A stretch of 63,641 bases of DNA, the filler included, from Octopus bimaculoides (Eukaryota), in NCBI RefSeq assembly GCF_001194135.2. It is 5 parts of 5 records of this genome, joined end to end, with 100 filler letters (N's around TTAATTAATTAA, not from the genome) between each part and the next. Parts side by side here need not be neighbours in the genome. Positions count along the whole stretch, not along the records: positions 35,496 to 61,477 come from NC_068994.1; positions 61,578 to 63,641 come from NC_068986.1; 3 more parts are not named here. The stretch is one strand, 5' to 3'. The position numbers and the translations under genes are program-made. This document shows, piece by piece, positions 51,400-63,641 of this stretch; position 1 is the first letter of the stretch; each line of letters starts with the position of its first letter. The notes under the pieces are model-generated. The model was given only the letters and a program-made list of their open reading frames with translations. It did not search any database and was not told the DNA's origin.

Positions 51400-51960
51400 A
51401 CACATACACACACAAGGGCATGCACGCACACATACACACATGCACAGAGGCGTGCACAAACATACACTCATGCATACACAGAGGAATGCACACTTACACA
51501 CACAACAGTGCACACACACACAGACAAACAAGAGAGCGCACAGACATACACACATAGAGAGGAGTGCACACAGACACACACACACACACAGAAGTGCATA
51601 CAGACACAAACACACATACACAGAAGATTGCACACAGACAGACGTGTGCACACACACACACAAAGGAGTGCACACTTACACACAAGAGTGCACACACACA
51701 CACACACACACAGACATACACACACAGAGAGGAGTGCACACAGACACATACACACACACACACAGAAGTGCATACAGACACAAACACACATACACAGAAG
51801 AGTGCACACACACAGAGGAGTGCATACAGCCACACGTACAAACACACAGAGGAGTGCACAGAAATAGGTGTGCACAGAGGAGTGCATACAGGTGCACACA
51901 CACACATACACACACATGCAGCGGAGTGTACACAGACACGCATTTGCACATACACACATA
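51400..51960. repeat. (CA)n-derived minisatellite with a recurring GAGTGCACAC motif and a higher-order repeat
   Basis: Blocks ~51549-51640 and ~51721-51815 are near-identical, about 170 bp apart. Confidence 0.85.
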
Positions 51961-53568
51961 CAAGTATACATACACACACACAAACATGCATACAGACAAC
52001 ACACATATATAAAAGCATATGCATGCACACACGCATACATGCATACATTGACTGTTATGCTCATACACACACAGAAATACATGTACTCATGCTCTCTTGT
52101 ATGTATCTGCATACCAATACATGCAAGTTTACAAAGGCAAACAGACATACATGTGCAGAAAAATGGATTCACACAAGCACCCACACACCCACCCACACAC
52201 ACACACATTCTTACACACAAACATAAAGACACACACATGCGCATACATATACACACAGATACACTCACACACATGCATAACACAAGCAGACAAATACATA
52301 AGCATATAGAGCAGATACACACACACTCACAGATACATATACACACACATGCACATTCTCTCTTTCCCTTTCTCACATACACACACATACACACACACAC
52401 ACACACACACAAGCATACACACATGCACATCTATACACTGGAATCTGAAATTGTACTGGAAGCTGTTGTTTGCACAGTTGATTCTTATCAATAAGAATTC
52501 TATGAAATTATGGAAAACAAGCAACAACAACAACTAAAATAACAAATAAACTAAAATATTACATGATGAGGATGGCCCAAAACTGATTGCTTCATACAGT
52601 TCAATTCAGTTTAATTGTTTTTTTATTTATTTCTTTATTTTATTTTTCTTTCTTTCTTTTTCTTTTTTTGCTTATGGTAATAGTGAGAGTAGGATTAGTG
52701 GGAACATGTTATTTTTTTCTTGCATTTTGAAATTTCCTGTGAGTTTTCAATTTTCATTTATTTATTTTTATTGCTTTGCAGGGGTAGGGGGTGCAGAAAT
52801 TCTTTTGGATTTGTAGAAATTTAGATATTTCAGATATTAATATCTGAAACTGACAATTTTCTACCCAAGAACTTAAGCAGTGTGTGCTGATGATTCTCAT
52901 ATAGGCAGAAACATGAATCCATGGCTGTCCTCTTATCACCAGACAATAAGCCTGTCATTTTCTTTAACAGCATAATCAACTTTGGAGAACTCTTAATTCT
53001 TGTGATTATCTCCCCTTCTCAAGAGGTGCTGGTCTTAATTGCTATTTGGCAATTTTGATACATCCTCTAGAGATGGAGATAATATTAATAGATGAAGAAT
53101 TTGTGTTGTCTGATGTTTGATATGCCTGTATTTGTCTATGTTGTTCAAATCCATGTCACTGGCCATTCTGAATTATTTCTCTTTGGTAACTTTTGTTTAA
53201 ATTATGCAAAACAGTATAATATTAGTTCAACTTTCATGAACCAAGATTGCAATGCCTTCATCCCTGTATATACATTTACTATATAGTTTTTGTATGCATA
53301 CATTTAAATGCTTTGACATATTCTATTACACCAGCTGAGCACTTTGAATGTATACCTTTCTAAGATATTTATTATTTCTCTTAGTTTGTTCTTGATGGAT
53401 TTATATACTGAGCACTCTCAATGTCTACAACAGCTACATGTTGAGTGAGTTTAAATGATTAATTGTTTTCAATTTAACGATGGCTGAGGAGAAAGGTAGT
53501 CACTGAAACATCTTGATGTCCTGCAAAGTAAAGATAAGATAAATATTCCATATTGTCTTAGGGGTTCA

Positions 53569-53663
53569 TTTTAGACTATAACGTTTATTAGAAAGAAGTC
53601 TCATGAAAATATTGTGTAAAGAAAAAGAATAAACTTCTTTCTAATAAACGTTTTAGTCTAAAA
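53569..53663. repeat. 31-bp inverted repeat (30/31)
   Basis: ttttagactataacgtttattagaaagaagt versus acttctttctaataaacgttttagtctaaaa, 33-nt loop. Confidence 0.9.
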
Positions 53664-54409
53664 TCTTTTAGTTTAAACTATAGCATCGTTTAGATAAGTG
53701 TTACTTCTATCTTTATTATTTTAACCTAAAACTTCGTTTAAATTGTATTTTAAACGAAAGATTCGTTAAAATTAGTTTTTGCATATAATATTCCAGTTAG
53801 TTTATATCATAATAAATGTAAAGTTAATTATGGGACGTTTATAATTTTGATATTTTTAATAATATTTTTCTATCTTAATATGATAAGTATTGTATATACA
53901 TTCATTTGTTATTTATTTTTGGTTAATATATACATTATTTTATTATTATTATTGTTGTAATTTGACCTGAAGATTAGCTATGTTTTTGAATAGAATTGAT
54001 TTTCGATAGTTTTATAATTGATTTAAATATTTTTTCTATTTGAAAATTTGGTTATGAAACACGTGTAGTCGTTTTATTATCATTATCTTATGATATTTAC
54101 TTTGTATTATATTATACTTATTTATTGTGCTTTTACTTATTAATTTTTCTATATGTGACAGTAGATTTAGATCGATGAGTTCATAAACCTTGGTTCTTTT
54201 CCCTAAAACTATATATTTATATTTTATACTGTGAAACTTAATTTAATTTTAATTTTTAATAAATTGAATTTAATTGAGTTTTTACCTGTAAATTTGGATT
54301 TTTATCCCTAATAATATTATNNNNNNNNNNNNNNNNNNNNNNNNNNNNNNNNNNNNNNNNNNNNNNNNNNNNNNNNNTATATATATATATATATTTATAC
54401 ACACACACA

Positions 54410-54550
54410 TGCAGTTTCTGTCTACAAAATCCATGCACAAAGCTTTGGTTGGCTCAAGGATATGGTAGAAGACACTTGCCCAGGGTACCACGTTGTGGGA
54501 CTGAACCCAGAGCCATGTGGTTGGGAAGCAAATTTCTTACAACACAGGCA
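54410..54550 (-). mobile_element. SINE family B (CpG-decayed)
   Basis: Consensus similarity. Confidence 0.75.
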
Positions 54551-55771
54551 TACATCTGTGTGTGTAGGACTGTATCTTCACTGATGTGTCACTGAAATAG
54601 TTCTGTACCATTTCTTTGTATTTTATGTTCTCTAGAATTTACAGACTCTCCATGTTATTATTCAACTCTATTATATTTCATCTATTACATGAAATGTTAA
54701 TAAGTTCATAAACTCATTCTGTGGGAAAATCGAATGCCACTTTTAGAGAATCTGCTCTATACACTTAATGAAATAATGAAAAAAAGATCTTCCAATAATC
54801 ATAAGTTTCAGCAGAGAATATTTCACCCAAAGATTATTTTTTCTATGATTACATTTTTTATAGCACTAAGTTCTGTTTGGCAGTCAATATATATTAAAAG
54901 ACAATCAGCTAGTACTTATATTCTAGTTAAATAATAGAAGTGGGTGTAAAAACATAACTAAAGTACTTATAGTAATGGTTGAAAATGATAATTATCTAAC
55001 CGATATATCACTGAGCTAGATTCAAGTTTACATAACAATAATGGATGTTTAAGTGCCAAACAGAGAGTTAATATAACCCTTCCTATGGAACTGGAAAAGG
55101 CAAGAATATTAGTGTTTCTTTTTTAGTTTCTCCAAAATCAATTAACTTATTCCATTACTGTGAGGATTTAGTCACAGAAATTACCATGGTAATTAATATT
55201 TCCCTTTTCATTTATGATCTCATTAAAAGTTCTAAAATCTTCGCTACAGGAATGCATTATGTAAAAGAAATTTGGTCATCCAATTAGAGTTTTTTAAGTT
55301 CTTGCTTCACTAATGAAGAGATTCTTTATAAGAACATGATTTTATTAGTGCTTAGTAGATTAGATTTATCTTTATTTTTGGGCAGCTGCTACATATAAGA
55401 AATCTTTACGATTCATGTATGATTCAATCTGGCTCCATGAAATAATAATTTCTCCCTATACATACACACATACATACATACATACATACATACATACAGA
55501 TATGCATGCATACATGTATGTGTGTATACAGACATAAACACATACACACACACACATATTCTTTTTAACTCTTTTACATGTTTCAGCCATAAGGTATATA
55601 TTCATATATATATATGTATGTATATATATACATACATGTATGCATATATGCATGCATATAGATACATATGTATATATGTATATATAATGTATATATATAT
55701 ATGCATAAATATATATACATTATATATAATATCTATCTATCTATCTATCTATCTATCTGTCTGTCTATCTA

Positions 55772-55831
<60 letters not shown>

Positions 55832-56454
55832 GGTAGATAGATAAATAGATAGATAGATAGACAGACAGATAGANNNNNNNNNNACACACACACACACACA
55901 CACAGTTTCTTGATTATTTACAAACAATACTATTTAGGTCTATTTCAGTAAGATAAATCCTTTTGGCTTAACATTATATGAGATTCAAGGTTTTTGAAAA
56001 TTTCTAATCTAGAAATCAAAAGGGAAAAATGAAACAGGAAAACAAAAGGTAAAAAAAAAATGACACAACAAAGATGAAAGAGCTACGAATGGAAAAAATA
56101 AATTTTGAATAATAGGGATTTGTTTCTCTAGGAAACATTCTTCCAGCCTAGTATAGATAACATGGAGACTTATTTCAGTAAATGATTTAGAGATAGCAGC
56201 AGTATAGTTAATCTGATAAAATATCTGATTCCAGCAGATAGAAAGCCAATTTAATTCTCATTGGCTACAGTAATTTAACTTAATTCATCTCTCTAATGAA
56301 GGCAGTGAATATAAGCATTAGCTAACTAAATATCCCAAGGAAACAAAACTTAGTGTCGCTATCAGGAATAAAACGTAAAATAATTAATGAAATTTGCTTG
56401 GTATTTGCTCTCTCTGTCTATCTAACTGTCTCTCTGTCCCCATCTCTCTTCATA

Positions 56455-56491
<37 letters not shown>

Positions 56492-56630
56492 GTATATGAA
56501 TACAATATAAATATTGATGCATATATATTTACATACATAAATACATACATGCATATATATGTATATGTATGTATATATATGTATATATATATATATATAT
56601 ATCTACACACACACATACATACATATACAC

Positions 56631-56689
<59 letters not shown>

Positions 56690-56928
56690 TGTGTGTATGT
56701 ATATATATATATATACATATATATATACATACATACAGTACTTCACAGCATAAAAGTACTAATTTTTTGTCTAAGCAGAAAACCAATGTTTTACAAATGT
56801 GGAATTTAGTCCATTGAATATACTGCAGTAAATAACAGGTACTTATTTTATCTATGTGTACTTATTGAAACACTAAGTTACCATGTTTGATATAAAGGCA
56901 TACAACTTGACATATTAGTTTACAGCAA

Positions 56929-58032
56929 TCGTCGTCGTCGTCGTTTAATGTCCGCTTTCCATGCTAGCATGGGTTGAACGATTTGACTGAGGACTGGTGA
57001 AACCAGATGGCTACACCAGGCTCCAATCTGATTTGGCAGTGTTTCTACAGCTGGATTCCCTTCCTAACACCAGCCACTCCAAGAGTGAAGTGGGTTCTTT
57101 TTACATGCCACCGGCAAGGAACCAGTCAGGCAGCACTGGCATCAGCCATGCTCGAATTGTGCTTTTTATGTGCTACCAGCATGGGTGCCAATCAGGCAGT
57201 ACTGTCATCAGCCACGACAATGACTTCATTTGACTCAACAGGTCTTTGCAAGCACAGTTTATTGCCCCAATGATTGAAGGGTACTCTTAAATGAGCCAGT
57301 TATGCTGCACTGGCATAGGCCACAGTTATGGTCTCACTTGGCTTGCTGGGTCTTCTCAAGTACAGCATATCTCCAAAGGTCTTTGTCACTTGTCATCGCC
57401 TCTGTGAGGCCCAACATTTGAAGGTTGTGCTTCACCTCCTCATCCCAGGTCTTCCTGGGTCCACCTCTTCCACAAGTTTCCTCTACTGCTAGGGTGTGAC
57501 ACTTTTTCTCACAGCTGTCCTCATCCATATGCTACACATGACCATATCAGTGCAGTCATCTCTCTTGCACACCACATCTGATGCTTCTTATGTCCATCTT
57601 TTCTCTCAGGGTGCTTACAGTCTGTCGTGTATGCACACTGACATTACACATCCAGCGGAGCATACTAGCTTCATTCCTTGCAAGCTTATGCATGTCTCAG
57701 CAGTCACGGCCCATGTTTCATTATCATGTAGCATGGCTGTTCGCACACATGCATGATACAGCCTTCCTTTTACTCTGAGTGAGAGGCCCTTTTTCACCAG
57801 CAGAGGTAGGAGCTCTCTGAACTTTGCCCAGGCTATTATTATTCTAGCAGTTACATTCTCAGTGCATCCACCCCCACTACTGACTTGGTCACCTAGATAA
57901 TGGAAGCTATCAACTACTTCTAGCTTCCCCTGGCATGTGACAGAAGCTGTTTTCTGCACATTTTCAGTGCTTATTGCTCCTGAGCACTTGCTACACACAA
58001 ACACTATCTTCCCAGTTAGCCTTCTTGTGAAA
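56929..58032 (-). mobile_element. RTE-clade LINE, 5'-truncated, with 3' UTR and (ACG)n tail
   Basis: KLEVVDSFHYLGDQVSSGGGCTENVTARIIIAWAKFRELLPLLVKKGLSLRVKGRLYHACVRTAMLHDNETW, then AVEETCGRGGPRKTWDEEVK; tail gcatggaaagcggacattaaacgacgacg. Confidence 0.9.
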
Positions 58033-58963
58033 TTAACTGAATCTAAATTACATTTTATATGTGTATATATATGTGTGTGTGTGTGTATGTGTGTGTGTGT
58101 GTGTGTATGTGTATATGTGTGTGTGTATGTATATATGTATATATGTATGCCTGTATATATGTACATATGTATGCGTGTATATATGTATACATGCATGTAT
58201 GTATGCATGTATGTATGCCTGCATGTATGTATGTATGTGTGTATGTATGTATGTATGTGTGTATGTATGTATGTATGTGTTCCAGACATCTGTACAGCTG
58301 CATAAGGCCATAGAGCTACACCTGGAAATATATATGACAGGCTTTCACACAGTTTTTAAACTACTAAATTTCACTTACGAAGTATTCATTAACTTGATGC
58401 TAAAGTAGAAGATAGTTGGCCAAGGAACCAGTATTGTGAGGTTAAAACTGTTGACATATATTTGTAAAGTGCTCTTCTTGACTGCACAACTATCAGAGAA
58501 TTAGATTCACAATCATTGGAAAACTAACTAAATGGTATTAAGTAATTTGTATGGCAGTCTGCATCTTATAAATTGATATCAATATTGGTTTCATATTTTG
58601 GCACAAGTCCAGTAATTTCAGGAGTGTGATTAAGCCAACTATACTGACCCCAGTGCTCAACCGGTACTCAATTAATATTGATATTAGACACAGTATGGCT
58701 ATGGGTTTTAAGACCAGATGGTCTTGAATTTGGTCTCACTGCAGGACACTCTGGGTAAATGACTTCTACTGTAGACTCCTAGTGATTAATAACATATGAT
58801 ACATGGTTTTATGTATGTTTATATATATATAAGTATATAATGTCTTCTCTGATAAAATGTGAGCTGAAATGTTCTGGCCAAATTGTAAAAAAGCTATCAA
58901 TTAAACATGCACTTTTTTGATAGTGGCATTGAATATTGTTCAGCTGTAGATAGATAGATAGAC

Positions 58964-59006
<43 letters not shown>

Positions 59007-59062
59007 CAAAGATCGAGAGAGAGAGAGAATTCCAATCACTTGATAATAATTCTCTTTCTTCG

Positions 59063-59095
<33 letters not shown>

Positions 59096-59105
59096 NNNNN
59101 NNNNN

Positions 59106-59140
<35 letters not shown>

Positions 59141-60429
59141 TAACACACTCACATATTTATATATACATGCATGTGTCTGTCTTTGTGAGGTCTACGTGCA
59201 AAAGCAGACAGTCGGAGACAAATGTCCTCAGTGGTTACTTGACCATTTCCTATTTCACATTTAATTTAACAACCTACTGAACATACATTTAGTTCATTAT
59301 GAGTATCCAAATATTTTGAGACAAAAATTTATTATAATTTCAAGTTTGTTTGTTCAATCATTTATTCATTATTTCCAGACAATTTCCAGAATTTATTAAT
59401 AACCTTTATTAAGTTTTAAGAAACAAGATTTTAGCTCCAAATTAGAAAACGAAAATACACACACACACACACAGAACAAAATAAGAAAAGAAAAGAAATA
59501 TGTAACAGAATATAATAAAAGAGTAAATAAGAAAGTTTCTCTTCTCTTTCATATTTTAGAATTAGTATTAGTCAGCCACCTCAGTAACAAGCAGAAAGAT
59601 AATTGGGGAGAGATTTGAAGATTTCTTGCAATCAGTAGCCTATGGCACCATTCATACTACTGTCATTATTTTCATATTTTTCCTTCCCCATATTTCCCTA
59701 TTTCTACATCTCCTTGTCACTTTTCTCATACATATTAATTCCTACATCTTTTTTCTTTCCTTTTCTTTCTCTCTTTTGCACACCCTCATTTATTCTCTCA
59801 ATCTCTCAGCTTCTTTCCATATCGACATATGTCAATTTGTGCCATATATATATAAGAGATACTGAAACAGAGCACGCTGAACATTATAATAAGGTAAATT
59901 GTTAGTACTGAAATGAGAATGATGACGATGATGATGATGATAATGATGATGATGACGACGATGACGACGATGATGACGACGACGATGATGATGATGATGA
60001 CAATGATGATGATGACAATGGTGATGATGACGATGATGATGATGACGATGATGATGACGACGATGATGGTGATAATGGTGATGATGATGATGATGATCAC
60101 GATGACGATGGTGATGGTGGTGGTGGTGGTGGTGGTGATGATGATGATGATGATGATGGTGATATATGATTAATAAGTAGTATATAATATACTAGAAGGA
60201 AACTAGAAGGAGAAAGAAACTGTTGTGCAAATATCTTAGTGAATAGCACATGGTAGATTCACTACATTTTATGCAGATACAGAAATACATATATATTTAC
60301 ATCTATATTTGCACACACACACACACACACACACATACATACACACACATACACACACACACACACACACAAACATGCACACACACACGCATGTACAGAC
60401 ACATGTATACATCTATGCATTTATAAGTA

Positions 60430-61470
60430 TAAATCCTCTCAGGTAGATGACTCTGCTCAACCTGTAGGAAAGGCGTAGGTAGAAATTCCATAAGATGTAC
60501 ACAGTGTAAGCTAGGTACACATAAGAGGTGTAGCAATATCACAGGAAGATTAACTGGAAAAGTAGGTTTTATGCATAGAAGGCGCACAAGTACAATTAAC
60601 ACTAAAAATGTACAGAAAATAGACTACATCAAATGCCAGGAGGAAAAACTAGAAGTAATTGATAGCTTCCATTACCTAGGTGACCAAGTCTGTAACAGGG
60701 GTTGATGCTCTGAGAGCATAGCTACTAGAATAAGAATAGGTTGGGCAAAGTTCAGAGAGCACCTACCTTTGTTGGTAACAAAGGGCCTCTCCCTCAGAGT
60801 GACAGGCAGATTGTATGATGCCTGTGTGCAAACAGCCATGCCACACAGCAGTGAAACATGGGCTGTGACTGCTGAGGACATGCATAGGCTTGAAAGAAAC
60901 GAAGTATGCTTCGCTGGATGTGCAATGTCTGTGTGCATGTATAACAGAGTGTAAATGTTTTGAGAGTAAAGCTGGGCATAAAAGGCATCAGATGTGGTGT
61001 ACAAGAGAGACGACTGCGCTGGTGTGGTCATGTGATGAGTATTGACGTTGACAGCTTTGTGAAGAAGTGCTGATCTCTACCAGTGGAAGGAAGCTGTAGA
61101 AGAAGGAGACCCAGGAAGACATGGGATAAGGTGGTAAAGCATGATCTTAAATCGTTGAGATTCACAAAGGCAATGACTAATGACTGAGACGTTTGGTGAT
61201 ATGCCATGTTTGAGAAGACCTGTCAAGCCAAGTGAAATTGTAGTCATTTCAAATAATGGTGTCATGCAACTGGCACCTGTACCAGTAGCATATAAAAGCA
61301 CCCGTTACACTCTCAGAGTGGTTGGCATTTGGAAGGGCATCCAGCCATAGAAACCATGCCAAATGAGACTAAAGTCTGGTGCAGCCTCTCAGCTTACCAG
61401 CCCGGTTCAAACCATCCAACCCATGTCACCATGGACAACAGACACTAAATGACGATGATGCTGATGATAT
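60430..61470 (+). mobile_element. RTE-clade LINE, same family, opposite orientation
   Basis: KLEVIDSFHYLGDQV..LVTKGLSLRVTGRLYDACVQTAMPHSSETWAVTAEDMHRLERNE; ends ccatggacaacagacactaaatgacgatgatg. Confidence 0.9.
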
Positions 61471-61477
61471 ATATATA

Positions 61478-61577
61478 NNNNNNNNNNNNNNNNNNNNNNN
61501 NNNNNNNNNNNNNNNNNNNNNTTAATTAATTAANNNNNNNNNNNNNNNNNNNNNNNNNNNNNNNNNNNNNNNNNNNN
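61478..61577. other. Artificial assembly spacer N44-TTAATTAATTAA-N44
   Basis: Exactly 100 bp. Confidence 0.9.
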
Positions 61578-61611
<34 letters not shown>

Positions 61612-61703
61612 CAGGGGAGAATTTACGAAAAAAACAACAGACGAGGACAGGTGGTGTAAACAACAAAAGGATGTATTAGTTTAACGCTCGGCAATAGAGA
61701 AAG

Positions 61704-61740
61704 TCTTGAACGTTTCGAGCAACGCTCTTCAACAGAAAGA
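61704..61740 (-). ncRNA. Degenerate hammerhead motif in a Penelope-type repeat (61611-61745)
   Basis: Minus strand tcttt-CUGUUGA-a-GAGC guu GCUC-GAAA-CGU-U-caaga: same family as 18012-18046, with A6>U. Confidence 0.55.
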
Positions 61741-61879
61741 AATAATGTAGTGGTCAGCGATATATCATGTTTTGTATATACTTTTATTGTTTTATTCTTT
61801 TACTCGTTTCAGCCATGCGGCTGCGATCTTGCTGGAGCACAACTATGGTCTTTCCGATTTTCTCAGTCTTGGGCGTTTC

Positions 61880-62280
61880 ACATCACCATTCTTGTATGTG
61901 CCTTTATCTCAGCTGTTGGCCCACTTGGTGTATAAGCGAGTGTTGATTTCGCTGCCCTCTTCTGCACCTCATGTCGGGCTGTCGTTTCATGCGGTATTGT
62001 GGAGAGGAGTACACCTCGTCCCTTTTTGAAGACATCTACTTTCGCTTTATGAAGATTTCTTAACTTTTGTGGCAAGGCCATTGAAAGACTAAAGCCCTTT
62101 GAACACAAGACTATTGTAGTACCTGCACCTGAATTTAGTTGGAGTGGATGGAACCTTTGGTACAATACAATGGCTTCCTGTTCTGTCACTTGTATAACGC
62201 TCAATACCGAAATTAGTTAGTAGCAGCTCTGGGAGCAGTAGTCCAGGCGGCTGAGAACAGACGTTCTGCACAAGGTCAAT
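61880..62280 (-). mobile_element. Degenerate CR1-type LINE 3' portion
   Basis: Minus strand VLSRLDYCSQ, then (internal deletion) TGSHCIVPKVPSTPTKFRCRYYNSLVFKG, then (frameshift) LPQKLRNLHKAKVDVFKK. Confidence 0.7.
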
Positions 62281-62320
62281 ATGTTTCTTGCTCTCTTATA
62301 CATGCTTATATATATATAAA

Positions 62321-62619
62321 CGAGGTTGTATCAAAAAGTTCCAGGACTAATAATGTTTAATAAAAAATAACTTATTTAACTATGTTTGACATGATCTCCT
62401 TCGAAATAATCACCTTGCGCAGCAATATACCGGAGCCAGCATATCTGTCTCCTTTGAAATCCGGTCTGGAAATTGTATTCCGTTACCGAGTTGATGTCCT
62501 CTGCGATTCGCTCTGGATCTCGATAACGGTATTGAAACGGCGACCTTCGAGCAGCATTTTCATCTTGGGGGAAGAGATGGGAGTCCGAAGATGCTAAATC
62601 TGGTGAATAGGGCAGGTTC
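62321..62619 (-). mobile_element. mariner transposon 3' end
   Basis: Minus strand LPYSPDLASSDSHLFP and FQTGFQRRQICWLRYIAAQGDYFEGD; terminal repeat acgaggttgtatcaaaaagttccaggact. Confidence 0.85.
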
Positions 62620-63461
62620 NNNNNNNNNNNNNNNNNNNNNNNNNNNNNNNNNNNNNNNNNNNNNNNNNNNNNNNNNNNNNNNNNNNNNNNNNNNNNNNNN
62701 NNNNNNNNNNNNNNNNNNNATGTATGTATGTATGTATGTATGTATGTATCTACGTATCTATGTATCACCAAGTAGTAACGCAAATGAAAGAAGAAAGAAG
62801 GAACTAAGTTTCGAAATAGTAGAACAGGACAAAAATTCCAAAGCATTTACCTTCATCGAAATTTTCAATGGAAAACGGCATAAAAGTGCTGAATTTTGGA
62901 TTTGGCCTGCAGTGGTGATTTTAGCACGTAAAGAAATTCTTGGAGAGAGAAGGAAATGGGATGACAAAGTGCAGGTATGGCGCCCGGAAAAAGACATAAA
63001 AGAAGAATCGGGAGGGTGAGAAGATGAGGAAAGCATGAAGGAAGTGAGTGTAAGAAAAAGACAAGGAGAGTGACAAAGAACGCAAGGGACGAAAGTTAGA
63101 GAATGGTCATAGAGGAGGGAAGGGCATCGATAGGTGAGGGAAGATGTAGGATGTTGTAAGCGCTACGGATCAAATAAAGAAAATCGAAGTGCAACATAAA
63201 AACGGTTAACGGAAAAGGACAAAAGAGAAATTTGGAAATTCTTTCATTCAGCCATTGACACCAAATTCGACAACGTTTCAGAACGCTTAGAGTGCATAGA
63301 CTTTAAATTCTATGTATTAGTCTTCTCTTTGTGAAAGAAGTATCACTGATATGATACACATACATACATACATACATACATTACATACATACATACATAC
63401 ACACACACATTCACTCACACAACCAGACGTAAATAAAAGAATATATGTATATTATTTTTTC

Positions 63462-63600
63462 TTCTATTCTTTTATTTGTTTCAATCATTTGACTGCGGCC
63501 ACGTTGGAGCACCGCCTTTATGCGAACAAATCTTATCCCATCGGTCACTTTGGAATAAGTTACGATGGTGGGGGGACAAACACAGACACTCAAATACACA
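63462..63600 (-). mobile_element. SINE-like family C
   Basis: tcatttgactgcggccacgttggagcaccgccttt matches 27958-28145. Confidence 0.65.
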
Positions 63601-63610
63601 CAGGCATACA

Positions 63611-63641
<31 letters not shown>

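Noticed and set aside
52880-52925. CTGATGA..GAAACATG hammerhead-like string (similar ones at 13690-13730, 36070-36100 and 53480-53520)
   Set aside because: Stems I and II do not pair adequately; possibly very old copies, but not supportable.

Overview
AT-rich, microsatellite-saturated, gap-ridden draft eukaryotic sequence. The SINE/LINE repertoire and repeat style point to an octopus (coleoid cephalopod); this is an inference from repeat families, not a database match. Only one confident host exon is visible: a + strand phase 1-1 exon (1708-1944) encoding a full 10-Cys follistatin (FOLN+Kazal) module of an agrin/tomoregulin-type extracellular protein. A plausible 48-nt downstream exon (8935-8982) would supply the missing bases of its last Cys codon. 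The rest is intron or intergenic DNA built from tRNA-derived SINEs, truncated LINEs (RTE, R4/Dong-type REL, CR1-type), Penelope-like elements, Tc1/mariner/pogo fragments and MITEs, a Helentron-type non-autonomous element, long fold-back hairpins and simple repeats. The most interesting signals are: (i) five minimal hammerhead-ribozyme motifs linked to Penelope-like repeats, one with an intact core and one paired with its own antisense copy; (ii) an ~80-bp near-perfect intronic hairpin; (iii) a C4HC3 PHD-type finger inside the RT region of the RTE LINE; (iv) an apparently CpG-depleted 26-kb block bounded by two artificial 100-bp N44-TTAATTAATTAA-N44 spacers. Almost all long ORFs in the supplied track are artefacts of N-runs and microsatellites.
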